A DNA stretch of 64,000 bases, from positions 131 through 64,130 of the forward strand of contig JAZQAB010000070.1 in NCBI GenBank assembly GCA_045545055.1. Direction: 5' to 3'. Position 1 is the stretch's first letter. The number at the start of each line of letters is the position of its first letter. The notes below the pieces were generated by a model, which did not search any database, had not been told where the DNA came from, and saw only the letters and a program-made list of their open reading frames with translations. The translations under genes were made by a program, and so were the position numbers. Positions 28,646 to 38,378 of the stretch are shown here, piece after piece. This DNA is from Clostridia bacterium. Its GTDB lineage: Bacteria; Bacillota; Clostridia; UMGS1883.

Positions 28646-28650
28646 AAACC

Positions 28651-30054
28651 ATGCCATATATCCCCTACACCGACGAGCAGAAACAGCTCGCCAACAGCGT
28701 AGACCTGACCACATTTCTGAGAATGCGAGGTGAGAAATTAGTCCCCGTGGGCAGAGAATTCAAGCTTGTCTATCATGACGGATACGGCAAGCACGACAGC
28801 ATCACTGTCAGTGGTTCGCAGTGGTATGACCACAAGAATCAGATTGGTGGCGGCCCGATCAAATTCATGCGTGAGCATTACGGGATGAACTTTCAGGAGG
28901 CAATGCAGGCTCTGCTCGGTCACTCAGCTCTGCCACTTCCCCATGTGGTTCAGCCTGTTATGGCAAAAGAGAAAAAGGAGTTCAGGCTCCCCGAAGCCAA
29001 CGACAATATGCACCGTGTCTATGCCTATCTCATCAAGCAGAGGTTCATTGCCCCGGAGGTCATCACCCACTTTGCAAAGCAAAAACTGCTCTACGAGGAC
29101 AAAAAACACCACAATGCCGTGTTCGTGGGCGTGGACGGCAATGGAGTCCCAAGGCAGGCTCACAAACGATCCACAACCACATTCGGAAACAGCTTCCGAC
29201 AGACCATTGAGGGTTCGGATACAAAGTACAGCTTTGCACACTTCGGAAAGAGCAATATGCTGTTCGTCTTTGAAGCCCCCATAGATATGATGTCATTCCT
29301 GACGCTATATCCAAATGACTGGCAGGACAGCTCATATATCGCCATGAATGGTGTGTATGAAAGTGCTGTGCTGACTGCTCTGGAAGAACATCCGAATATT
29401 GATTGGGTTATTATCTGTACCGACAACGATGAAGGAGGCATCGACGCAGCCGACAGGCTCGCAGATATCCTGTCAGAACGTGGATATGATATGTTGTCAC
29501 GGTATCCACCCAACAACAAAGACTGGAATGAGGACTTGAAGGAACTGCACGGTGTGCCGTTTTTGCCTGCTGTTCCACACAGAAGATTGGAGGAATATGA
29601 AAAACAGGCAGAAAGCTTGCAATATTACCCTTGCAGAATCGAAAAGCTGCGGTCACAGCTCAATGCTACATTCGAAAACGGACAATACAGATATCTCGCC
29701 GAGTATGCTCTTGCAGGCTCGGTTTTCTTTTCGCAAAAAACAGGCTCAAAGCAAGATGCCGATCGGGAGTTCAGACACTCTGCTGAAAGGTTGGCAGCAT
29801 TCTACCGCCCATATCACGATCGCTCCAAGTCAGTTAGTCTTCGGAGAGAATTGGGCGAAAAAGTCGCAGATGTATTGCAGGATCTGAAAAATTATGCAAG
29901 AACGGAGGAACAGACAAGAATCACAGCAGATAAGCTGTATGACCTTGCAGATTGCGCACTGCGAGTGTCTGTGGATGAAGCACTGAGGAATCAAGAACAG
30001 TCACAGGAAGAAGAAATCGAACCCGAACCGGATTTTGAATTGCAATTGGAATAG
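28651..30054 (+). CDS. DUF3991/Toprim domain protein (primase-like)
   Basis: Toprim acidic motifs FEAPIDMMS and ICTDNDEGGIDAA. The N-terminal zinc-less DUF3991-like region is called from memory. Confidence 0.72.
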   Translation: MPYIPYTDEQKQLANSVDLTTFLRMRGEKLVPVGREFKLVYHDGYGKHDSITVSGSQWYDHKNQIGGGPIKFMREHYGMNFQEAMQALLGHSALPLPHVVQPVMAKEKKEFRLPEANDNMHRVYAYLIKQRFIAPEVITHFAKQKLLYEDKKHHNAVFVGVDGNGVPRQAHKRSTTTFGNSFRQTIEGSDTKYSFAHFGKSNMLFVFEAPIDMMSFLTLYPNDWQDSSYIAMNGVYESAVLTALEEHPNIDWVIICTDNDEGGIDAADRLADILSERGYDMLSRYPPNNKDWNEDLKELHGVPFLPAVPHRRLEEYEKQAESLQYYPCRIEKLRSQLNATFENGQYRYLAEYALAGSVFFSQKTGSKQDADREFRHSAERLAAFYRPYHDRSKSVSLRRELGEKVADVLQDLKNYARTEEQTRITADKLYDLADCALRVSVDEALRNQEQSQEEEIEPEPDFELQLE

Positions 30055-30130
30055 CGGCTGTGTCATAGCGCAATACCTTGAAGGATTAACATGAAGAAGA
30101 TATAGTTATCTTCAGAAAGAAGAATAATAT

Positions 30131-31936
30131 ATGGGAGGAAGTGAGAATTTGGATGAAAGACAAATGGTGACAATCGGAATTATGATAGCGTTCCTTGCCT
30201 TGTTTTTGGTTCTTGTGAATGTCCTGGACAACAAGAGCATTAACGGAATCAAGGCAAAACAGGTTGGTGACGGTCAGCACGGCACAGCGAGGTGGGCGAC
30301 GAAACAGGAAATCCGTCGCTCTTTTTCCTCTCTGCCATTCGAGCCTGAACTGTGGCGACAGGGAAAGAATCTGCCAGAGATTGAGGGAACTGTGGTAGCC
30401 TGCAGAGGAACAACAAATACAACAGCACTCATTGACACAGGAGATGTCCACACATTGATGGTCGGTGCAGCGGGCGTGGGCAAGACGGCGTATTTCCTGT
30501 ATCCGAATATTGAATTTGCCTGTGCTTCGGGTATGAGCTTTCTCAGTACGGATACCAAGGGAGATGTGGCGCGAAACTACGGTGAAATCGCAAGCAAGTA
30601 TTACGGCTACCATGTTTCTGTACTTGACCTGCGTAATCCGACCAGATCGGATGAAAATAACATTCTGCACATGGTAAACAAGTATATGGACGAATACCTT
30701 GAGGACAGGACAAACCTTTCAGCAAAGGCAAAGGCCGAAAAGTATGCGAAAATCACAGCGAAAACAATCATCAACATCGGCGGTGGTGACGGAAACTACG
30801 GTCAGAACAGCTTCTTTTACGATGCAGCAGAGGGACTCCTCTCCTCCACCATACTGCTTGTAGCAGAGTTCGGTGACAAGAATGAAAGGCATATAGTTAC
30901 TGTGTTCAAGCTTATTCAGGACTTGATTGCAAAGAAGCCAGCCAAGACCGGTAAGGATAAAACACAGATGTATTTTGCGGAATTAATGGAAATGCTTCCC
31001 TCGGAACACAAAGCAAAATGGCTTGCAGGTGCGGCTCTTAATTCATCTGACCAAGCAATGCTTTCTGTTATGAGTACAGCACTGTCACGATTGAACAGCT
31101 TTCTGGATTCCGAGATGGAACAGATTCTGTGCTTCGGTACAGCCATTGACGCTGAAAAGTTCTGCAGTGAAAAGTGTGCTGTATTCGTAATTTTGCCGGA
31201 GGAAGATCAGTCAAAATACTTCATGGTCAGTCTGCTGATTCAGCAGTTATACCGTGAAATCCTGTCCATTGCCGATGAGAAAGGCGGTACACTGGATAAG
31301 AGGGTTATGTTCTATTGTGATGAGCTGGGAACCTTTCCGAAGATTGACGGACTTGAAGCAATGTTCTCCGCAGGACGTTCCAGAAAAATATCCATTGTAG
31401 CAATTATTCAATCCTTTGCACAGCTGGAACAGACCTACGGCAAACAAGGCATGGAAATCATCACAGACAACACACAGCTGACGGTGTTCGGTGGCTTTGC
31501 TCCAAATTCACAGTCAGCTGAAGTGCTTTCAAAAGCTCTTGGAGAGCAAACAGTCTTGTCTGGCTCTGTATCTCACGGACGAGAACAAAGCAAATCCCTG
31601 CAGATGATCGGCAAACCGCTGATGACGGTGGATGAGCTGAAGTCCATGCCAAAGGGACAGTTTATTGTCATGAAAACAGGAACGCATCCTATGATTTCAA
31701 AGCTCAAGCTGTACTTCAAGTGGGGTATCCAGTTTGAAAAGCCATATCTTCTCCCCGACAAGGGTGCAAGAGCTGTGCGGTATCTGGAACGTGACGAGCT
31801 GATGAGAGAGATTGCTGTGAAATATCCGCAGAAGAAAAAAGTGCTTCCGCCGCCCGAATCGGAGGTAGAAATCGTGAACGAATACGAGCCGGAGCCACAC
31901 AAGGCAAAGCTCGACGTGAAAACGGGAGGGAGATGA
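30131..31936 (+). CDS. VirD4/TraG-family type IV coupling protein
   Basis: N-terminal TM. Walker A MVGAAGVGKT. Walker B-like VMFYCDELG. Typical TraG/VirD4 length and context. Confidence 0.9.
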   Translation: MGGSENLDERQMVTIGIMIAFLALFLVLVNVLDNKSINGIKAKQVGDGQHGTARWATKQEIRRSFSSLPFEPELWRQGKNLPEIEGTVVACRGTTNTTALIDTGDVHTLMVGAAGVGKTAYFLYPNIEFACASGMSFLSTDTKGDVARNYGEIASKYYGYHVSVLDLRNPTRSDENNILHMVNKYMDEYLEDRTNLSAKAKAEKYAKITAKTIINIGGGDGNYGQNSFFYDAAEGLLSSTILLVAEFGDKNERHIVTVFKLIQDLIAKKPAKTGKDKTQMYFAELMEMLPSEHKAKWLAGAALNSSDQAMLSVMSTALSRLNSFLDSEMEQILCFGTAIDAEKFCSEKCAVFVILPEEDQSKYFMVSLLIQQLYREILSIADEKGGTLDKRVMFYCDELGTFPKIDGLEAMFSAGRSRKISIVAIIQSFAQLEQTYGKQGMEIITDNTQLTVFGGFAPNSQSAEVLSKALGEQTVLSGSVSHGREQSKSLQMIGKPLMTVDELKSMPKGQFIVMKTGTHPMISKLKLYFKWGIQFEKPYLLPDKGARAVRYLERDELMREIAVKYPQKKKVLPPPESEVEIVNEYEPEPHKAKLDVKTGGR

Positions 31937-31942
31937 TGTGAT

Positions 31943-32236
31943 TTGATACAACCCAGAAGAATCTATGACCTTGGACTGACACACAAGGCGGTAGCGGTGT
32001 ACTGTTATCTGTGTAACCGTGCAGATAAGAATGGCGAATGCTATCCGTCAGTCAGACTCATATCCAAGGACTTAAGTCTTTCAAAAAGTTCGGTGTTCAG
32101 AGCATTCAATGAACTGGAACGAAACGGACTGCTGCAAAGACTTCCGAGATACCATCCAAGCGGTGCAAGGCGAAGTACACTGTATCGCTTAAAGGGTGAG
32201 ATCACAAAGGTTGAAGGAGGTGAACGGAATGTTTGA
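31943..32236 (+). CDS. winged-helix DNA-binding protein
   Basis: TTG start. YPSVRLISKDLSLSKSSVFRAFNELERNGLL is an HTH motif. Confidence 0.5.
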   Translation: MIQPRRIYDLGLTHKAVAVYCYLCNRADKNGECYPSVRLISKDLSLSKSSVFRAFNELERNGLLQRLPRYHPSGARRSTLYRLKGEITKVEGGERNV

Positions 32237-33152
32237 TTGGATCGGCGACGCCATTGACTGGATTGGCGATGGCATTTCTTCATTGTGGGATAGTACGGTC
32301 GGTAATGCGACACAAGCCATTGGTGACTGGATATGGGAAACCATGTTCGAGTGGCTGTTTAATCTTATCTACGGGGGAATTGCAGACCTATTTGAATTCA
32401 TCAACAGCAGCACCTCAGATATCTTTACACTATCATGGGTGCAGGCATTCATTGCTCTGTTCCATAACCTTGCGTGGATGCTGTTTGCCTGCGGACTTAT
32501 TGTGGCAGTATTCGATACTGCCATTGCCTATGAATCAGGGCAGGCAAACATCAAGAATACCTGTCTGAATGTGCTGAAAGGCTTTATGGCTGCAAACCTT
32601 GTAACTGTTGTACCGCAGCGATTATATAGTTTTTGTACAAGTTTACAAGGCACATTTGCGACAGATCTGCTGGGTAACTTCATAGGCTCAACATCGGATA
32701 CAGTTGCAGGCTCTGCACTTTCTGTTATTGTAGCACTGGCATCGGATGTATCACTGTTCAGCTTATTCTTCATTATCCTCTTCGGATACTGTACCATCAA
32801 GGTTGTGTTTGCAAACATAAAGCGAGGCGGTATTCTTTTATGCCAGATTGCGGTGGGCAGTCTTTATCTGTTCTCTGTTCCAAGGGGATTCACAGACGGC
32901 TTCTACAGCTGGATGAAACAGGTCATCGCAACCTGTCTGACAGCATTTTTGCAGACAACGATTCTGTATATAGGGCTTCTGACCTACACACAGCACGCAT
33001 TGCTTGCGGTTGGAATCTGTCTGTCAGCAAATGAGGTACCGAGAATTGCCCAGATGTTCGGACTTGACACAAGCGTCAGGGTCAATATGATGAGTATCAA
33101 TAGTACTGTGAGCATGGGTGCAAAGGCTGCTAAGTTTATTGCGAAAAAGTAG
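32229..33152 (+). CDS. polytopic membrane protein, VirB6/TrbL-like
   Basis: ATG at 32229 after a GGAGG RBS. Five or more hydrophobic segments. Position between the T4CP and VirB4 genes. Confidence 0.6.
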   Translation: MFDWIGDAIDWIGDGISSLWDSTVGNATQAIGDWIWETMFEWLFNLIYGGIADLFEFINSSTSDIFTLSWVQAFIALFHNLAWMLFACGLIVAVFDTAIAYESGQANIKNTCLNVLKGFMAANLVTVVPQRLYSFCTSLQGTFATDLLGNFIGSTSDTVAGSALSVIVALASDVSLFSLFFIILFGYCTIKVVFANIKRGGILLCQIAVGSLYLFSVPRGFTDGFYSWMKQVIATCLTAFLQTTILYIGLLTYTQHALLAVGICLSANEVPRIAQMFGLDTSVRVNMMSINSTVSMGAKAAKFIAKK

Positions 33153-33223
33153 GAAAGGACTTGATTTTTCCATCTGTTGGGAGTATAATGAAAGCATATC
33201 TATTCTTTCTGACGGAGGATTTT

Positions 33224-33511
33224 ATGAAAGTAAAAATTGAAATTGTAAGAGTTATAGATAAATCCTACCCTGTATTTGTAGAAGCAAGACTGACAGATTG
33301 CAATGGAAATGCTCATTGTTTTCACGACAAGCTACCTGTTTTTACTTTGAACGAGCCAAAGAATATCCCGTGTGATGGCATCATTCGATGCACGCTGATA
33401 ACAGAAAATGCTGACACAGTTCTGATTGATACACTTACTCCTGATGATATTGAATCTCTGGATGGAGTAAGCAGATTTGAAATTTGCAAAGATCAGATTG
33501 TATACGAATAA
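33224..33511 (+). CDS. hypothetical protein (low-GC insert within the T4SS operon)
   Basis: ATG at 33224 after GGAGGA. No family recognised. Confidence 0.45.
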   Translation: MKVKIEIVRVIDKSYPVFVEARLTDCNGNAHCFHDKLPVFTLNEPKNIPCDGIIRCTLITENADTVLIDTLTPDDIESLDGVSRFEICKDQIVYE

Positions 33512-33578
33512 CACTATGATACAGTCAAGCCCACCGCTTGGCTGTATTTTTTATGCTCAAAGGAGGACTGATAACCCC

Positions 33579-33845
33579 ATGAAAACCTATATCTACCCCG
33601 AAAACCTGCGAGCCACAGTCAAGCTGTGGTTCTGGAACATCCGTGATTTCTGTATCATCTGTGCCGGCATAATCCTGTCGGCACTTTTGTTTGCAAAGCT
33701 GTATACCGTTGTACCGCTGTCCTTGACAGCTTGCTTTGCATTCCTGAGTCTGAGAGCAGATGATACCGCTATCATGGACTATATGTTCAACGCTGTGAAG
33801 TTCTTTCTGTTTTCACAGCAACAATTCCAATGGAGAAAGGACTGA
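33579..33845 (+). CDS. PrgI-like / VirB3-like two-TM protein
   Basis: ATG at 33579 after AGGAGG. Two TM segments. Located just upstream of the VirB4 region. Confidence 0.55.
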   Translation: MKTYIYPENLRATVKLWFWNIRDFCIICAGIILSALLFAKLYTVVPLSLTACFAFLSLRADDTAIMDYMFNAVKFFLFSQQQFQWRKD

Positions 33846-33850
33846 ACAAT

Positions 33851-34432
33851 ATGAGCAAAAAGAAGAAAAACAGCGTTCAGAAACTCATCGGCTTTGAACG
33901 CTTTACAAAATACGGAGTGCGTACCGACAAGGCAGAGTTTGCATTCTTCGCAGTCGAGCCGACCAACATTTCCGTTATGTCAGCCGCAAGCATCGACACC
34001 AAGGTGCATCACCTTATGATGCTTATGAGCATGGTTCCCGATCTGGAACTCATCGCCCTTGACAGCTGTGAGTGTTTTGACAGCAACAAGGAATATGTCC
34101 GCAGACGCTTGCAGAAAGAAAAGAACGAGGCTGTTCGCAAGCTTCTTGAAGCAGATTACAATTTCCTTGATGAAATCCAGACGGAGATGTCCTCGGCAAG
34201 ACAGTTTCTGTTTGCAGTCAGATTCAGAAAAGAAAAAGAAGAACAGGTATTCAACCTCATTAACAGAATCGACAAGACCATCAGCGACCACGGATTCTCA
34301 GCAAAGCGTATGAGCAAGACCGACATCAAGAGAATGCTGGCACTGTACTTCGGTACGAGCATCACCGGTGACGAAATCCCCGATGTAGAGGGAGAAAACT
34401 ACTTTGACAAGGAGGAATTCGATGAAGAATAA
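33851..34432 (+). CDS. conjugation-associated protein upstream of VirB4
   Basis: ATG at 33851. Its end overlaps the VirB4 start. No motif recognised. Confidence 0.45.
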   Translation: MSKKKKNSVQKLIGFERFTKYGVRTDKAEFAFFAVEPTNISVMSAASIDTKVHHLMMLMSMVPDLELIALDSCECFDSNKEYVRRRLQKEKNEAVRKLLEADYNFLDEIQTEMSSARQFLFAVRFRKEKEEQVFNLINRIDKTISDHGFSAKRMSKTDIKRMLALYFGTSITGDEIPDVEGENYFDKEEFDEE

Positions 34433-36254
34433 GCAGAAAAGAAAAAAGGAATACACCCCCGAACAGCAGGAACGCATCATCACAAAGGAATACTTCGACC
34501 GTATCGCTCCCGGCGTTGTGCGTTTTTACACCGACCACTATATCTGTGGCAATTTTTATAAGTCCTGCTGGGCTGTGACGGAGTACCCTCCCACCACAGA
34601 GGAAACCGCAATCCTTGCACACCTTGCAGACCGCAACGGCGTGACCTTGCGTATCTACAACCGCCTGGTCAACAGCATGGAACAGCGTAAGATTGTTCAG
34701 CAGGCAATGCGAAAGAATCACATGATGAGTACTACTAATGATGTGTCTGAATCCGTTAAGGCACAGGATAACATCAATGACGTGGTAGAGCTTCTCTCAG
34801 AGCTGAGAAGAAACAAGGAGCCTCTCCTGCACACGGCTGTGTTTATTGAGCTGAGAGCGACAACCGAGGATAAGCTCCGTGAGCTGCAGGCAGACATTCA
34901 GATGGAACTTACCAGATCGAAGATTTCTGTTGACAGACTGCTCCTTCGCCAGAAAGAGGGCTTCCTCGCTGTGCTTCCTTGCGGCAATAATGTATTCGCA
35001 AGTCAGTTTGAACGTGTATTGCCTGCAAGCTCTGTTGCGAATCTGTATCCGCTGAACTACTCAGGCAAGACGGATCAGCACGGTTTTTATATCGGCAGAG
35101 ATAAGTACGGCTCGAATGTGCTTGTTGACTTCGATAAGAGAACCGAGGACAAGACCAACTCCAATGTTCTCATCCTCGGCAACAGCGGTCAGGGTAAGTC
35201 GCATCTGTTGAAACTGCTCCTCTGCAATCATCGTGAGGCAGGTAAAAGTGTGTTGGTTCTCGATCCTGAATCGGAATATCAGGAACTGTGTGTAAACCTC
35301 GGCGGCACCTATATCGACATGATGTCGGGCGAATATATGATTAATCCGCTGGAACCTAAGGCTTGGGGTGAAGCGGAAAAGAATATCGACGCTCCCGAAG
35401 TGTTCAGAAAGGTCACAAGGCTGAGTCAGCACATCAGCTATCTGAAAGACTTTTTCAGAGCCTACAAGGACTTCACCGATGCAGAAATCGACACCATCGA
35501 AATCTTGCTCATGAAGCTCTACGGCAGATTCGGAATGGATGACGGCACCAACTTCGATCAGTTCACAGCCGAGGATTACCCGACCATGAGCGACCTCTAC
35601 GAGCTTATCGAAAAAGAATTCATGGCATTTGACAGTGAGAAAAAGCACCTGTACACCGAGGAAATGCTCCAGAATATCTGTCTCGGACTGAACTCTATGT
35701 GCAAGGGTGCGGAGGCAAAATACTTCGACGGGCATACCAATATCCGTGACGCAGAGTTTATCTGTTTCGGTGTGAAAGGTCTTATGGATACTAATAAGCG
35801 GCTGAAAGACACCTTGCTGTTCAACATTCTCAGCTATATGAGCAATCAGCTCCTGGGTAAGGGAAACACGGTGGCGGCCGTCGATGAGCTGTACCTCTTC
35901 CTCACAAACATGACCGCAATTGAATATATCCGCAACGGCATGAAGCGTGTGCGTAAAAAGGAGTCCTCGTTTATTCTGGCAAGTCAGAACATCGAGGACT
36001 TTTTGCTTCCCGAAATCAAGGAATTTACAAAGCCGCTGTTCAGTATCCCGTCCCACCACTTTCTGTTCAATGCAGGTCAGATCAATCCGCAGGAATATAT
36101 GGACGCACTGCAGCTTGAAGAATCCGAGTTCAGTCTTATCCGCTATCCGGAGAGAGGAACCTGTTTGTACCGCTGTGGTAATGAGAGGTATCTGCTTCAG
36201 GTGATCGCACCTGCGTACAAGGCGGCACTGTTTGGTGCGGCAGGAGGTCGATAA
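34422..36254 (+). CDS. VirB4-family conjugative ATPase
   Basis: ATG at 34422 after AAGGAGGAA. Walker A LGNSGQGKSHLLK. Walker B VLVLDPESE. Confidence 0.9.
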   Translation: MKNKQKRKKEYTPEQQERIITKEYFDRIAPGVVRFYTDHYICGNFYKSCWAVTEYPPTTEETAILAHLADRNGVTLRIYNRLVNSMEQRKIVQQAMRKNHMMSTTNDVSESVKAQDNINDVVELLSELRRNKEPLLHTAVFIELRATTEDKLRELQADIQMELTRSKISVDRLLLRQKEGFLAVLPCGNNVFASQFERVLPASSVANLYPLNYSGKTDQHGFYIGRDKYGSNVLVDFDKRTEDKTNSNVLILGNSGQGKSHLLKLLLCNHREAGKSVLVLDPESEYQELCVNLGGTYIDMMSGEYMINPLEPKAWGEAEKNIDAPEVFRKVTRLSQHISYLKDFFRAYKDFTDAEIDTIEILLMKLYGRFGMDDGTNFDQFTAEDYPTMSDLYELIEKEFMAFDSEKKHLYTEEMLQNICLGLNSMCKGAEAKYFDGHTNIRDAEFICFGVKGLMDTNKRLKDTLLFNILSYMSNQLLGKGNTVAAVDELYLFLTNMTAIEYIRNGMKRVRKKESSFILASQNIEDFLLPEIKEFTKPLFSIPSHHFLFNAGQINPQEYMDALQLEESEFSLIRYPERGTCLYRCGNERYLLQVIAPAYKAALFGAAGGR

Positions 36255-36256
36255 GG

Positions 36257-37309
36257 ATGAAAGAAATCCTCATCAAGCTCGCATTGGACATCCTCACTGA
36301 CAAGGAAGCCCGAGACAAGATCCTCATTGTGATTCTGAGTATCGTCGTGGGTGTCGTTCTTCTGCTCTTTGCACCTGTTGCGGTGCTGATGACAATGCAG
36401 GATATCGATCCGCCTGATGTATCGGGAAACTTCGATCAGGCAGCATGGATGCAGTCTCTTGAAAGCGAACAGCAGGACAAGATTGCACAGATGGAATCAG
36501 CCGGTCAGCAGATTGCTTCTGCAATGGAGTCGGTGGGTGTTCGTGAGCAGACCATCAAGGCACAGCTTATCTATATTTCCTGCTTTAAGGATGTGACGGT
36601 AGATGACTTCAATGCCTATGCGAATCTGTTCAGATATGCTCCGGACGATGCAACACTCATCAACAGCATCAATCAGAACTACGGGTTGGAAATTGTGTAC
36701 GAGGACTTCATGAGAAGCTATGCTCTCATCAGTCATGTAGTCATTAATCCGTATATGTTCACGGACGCACAGACGAAGAACTCAACTGACCTTGTGATAT
36801 GGGCAAGGCAGGCATACGAAAACGGCTGGGGTTATGTGTACGGAACCTATGGAAATATTCTGACCGAGGAACTCCTGCAGGACAGGGCTTCCATGTTCGG
36901 AGAACACGTCACAGGCTTTGAAGATTTCATCCGTGAGAACTGGATGCGAAGGAGAACGGCAGACTGCGTTGGTCTCATCAAAGGCTATGGCTGGTACAAT
37001 CCCGACAGCGGTGAAATTGTGGTAGGAACAAATGGCATGGCTGATGTCACTGCCAATGGAATGTTCGATGCGGCAACGCTCAAAGGAACGATTGATACCA
37101 TTCCCGAAACACCCGGACTTGCTGTGTGGCAGGACGGTCACATTGGAATCTATATCGGGAACGGTGAGGTCATCGAAGCCATGGGAACAGAGCAAGGCGT
37201 TGTGAAAACGACGCTCCCAAGTGGCTGGACGCACTGGCTTGAGATTCCGTATATCTCATATGCAGCACAGGAAGAACCGACAACAGAACCCACCGAGGAA
37301 GGAGTGTGA
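36257..37309 (+). CDS. T4SS-associated cell-wall hydrolase (NlpC/P60)
   Basis: N-terminal TM. C-terminal RRRTADCVGLIKGYGWY ... GHIGIYIGNGEVIEA is an NlpC/P60 Cys-His pattern. Confidence 0.78.
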   Translation: MKEILIKLALDILTDKEARDKILIVILSIVVGVVLLLFAPVAVLMTMQDIDPPDVSGNFDQAAWMQSLESEQQDKIAQMESAGQQIASAMESVGVREQTIKAQLIYISCFKDVTVDDFNAYANLFRYAPDDATLINSINQNYGLEIVYEDFMRSYALISHVVINPYMFTDAQTKNSTDLVIWARQAYENGWGYVYGTYGNILTEELLQDRASMFGEHVTGFEDFIRENWMRRRTADCVGLIKGYGWYNPDSGEIVVGTNGMADVTANGMFDAATLKGTIDTIPETPGLAVWQDGHIGIYIGNGEVIEAMGTEQGVVKTTLPSGWTHWLEIPYISYAAQEEPTTEPTEEGV

Positions 37310-37313
37310 GGAA

Positions 37314-37562
37314 ATGAAAAAGACAATCACAGTAAGCATCAATGAAGAAAAGCTCTCGGCGATTGAGATGTACCTCGGTCAGAAGGACACAACTCTTGCT
37401 GCAGAGCTTGATAAGTATGTGGAGCAGACCTACACGAAGGTCGTGCCGCAGAACGTCAGAGATTTCATTGACATGATGGCTGACAAGAAACCGGAAAGGC
37501 GGTCAGGACGCAAGGCAAAACCGACAGAAGAATACACGACGCTACAGCTGAACAAGGACTGA
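37314..37562 (+). CDS. small ICE hypothetical protein
   Basis: Internal ATG at 37314 after GGAGTG...GAGGAA. Confidence 0.5.
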   Translation: MKKTITVSINEEKLSAIEMYLGQKDTTLAAELDKYVEQTYTKVVPQNVRDFIDMMADKKPERRSGRKAKPTEEYTTLQLNKD

Positions 37563-37830
37563 AGTCCCACAGTTCGCTCCAGAATCGCTTGTGTGGCGGT
37601 TTGGGAGTCGCAGTCGGGAAAGGATACTCCACGAGCCGTCAAGCGAAATTTGAGGGCTTTGTGGGCAAGTCCGCAGGGGTCGGGATTTAACGACTTCTGC
37701 CCCGATTTGGGGTAGTTCTTTGGTTTGCTGGTTAAAGTCTGCGCGCCTTACGGCACACAGACAATCACATCGACGAGCAAAGCTCGTCGAGTTTGCGAGG
37801 ATTGTCACGAATAAACCCAAGGGTGCATGA
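37563..37830 (+). other. candidate oriT / structured non-coding region upstream of the mobilisation genes
   Basis: 268 bp with no credible ORF and GC-rich by eye. Nested inverted repeat GACAATC..CGACGAGC AAA GCTCGTCG..GATTGTC at about 37760-37806. Position immediately upstream of the MobC-like and relaxase genes. Confidence 0.35.
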
Positions 37831-37847
37831 AAGAGAGGTTTGGAGAA

Positions 37848-38324
37848 ATGCAGGTGCATGATAAGAAAAATACAACAAAAACAAACGATGTTTCGGAGAA
37901 TAATAGGGCTGCATCAAGTGAATCTAAGGTGAAAATCAGTCTGAAAATATTCCCCGAAACAATTAGCATCGCTGACACACTATATGAACATGATAACTGT
38001 GGATCTCGCTCAGAGTTTATCGAAAAGGCTGTACGCTTTTACTGCGGTTATCTTCTCAATAAGGAACACACCGCAACAGAATTCATTGCACCACAGCTTG
38101 CGGCAATCACCGAAGGTATCGTCAGAGGCAGTGAACAGAATCTGTCTCGTGCGATGTTCAAAATTGCTGTTGAGCTTGGTGCGCTGACGCATATGCTTGC
38201 GGCAATGAATGATGTTGATGATGCAACGCTGTACAAGCTTCGTCTGATGTGTAGTGACGAAGTCAAGCGTATCAATGGTATCATTAACTTTGAAAAGGCG
38301 GTTAGGTATCAGCGGTCAGAGTAA
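37848..38324 (+). CDS. relaxosome accessory protein (MobC/RHH-like)
   Basis: ATG at 37848. SRSEFIEKAVRFY is a ribbon-helix-helix-like motif. Located just upstream of the relaxase. Confidence 0.5.
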   Translation: MQVHDKKNTTKTNDVSENNRAASSESKVKISLKIFPETISIADTLYEHDNCGSRSEFIEKAVRFYCGYLLNKEHTATEFIAPQLAAITEGIVRGSEQNLSRAMFKIAVELGALTHMLAAMNDVDDATLYKLRLMCSDEVKRINGIINFEKAVRYQRSE

Positions 38325-38378
38325 CTATATGCCGTGTCATTGATGCGGCATACATAAGAAAAGGAAGGATGTGAAAAC

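Noticed and set aside
35061-36059. 332-aa antisense ORF within virB4. Similar antisense ORFs occur in hsdR (49941..50642), hsdM (51078..51737), the DUF4314 region (6048..6698) and the T4CP gene (30086..30670).
   Set aside because: The opposite-strand genes carry unambiguous Walker or methyltransferase motifs. The antisense products have no recognisable features.
33851-36254. Possible split VirB4 (193-aa ORF plus 616-aa ATPase overlapping by 11 nt) as a frameshift pseudogene.
   Set aside because: Each ORF has its own plausible RBS and start, and the 616-aa product already has an N-terminal domain ahead of its Walker A. Without alignment to orthologs I cannot argue for a frameshift, so both are annotated as separate genes.
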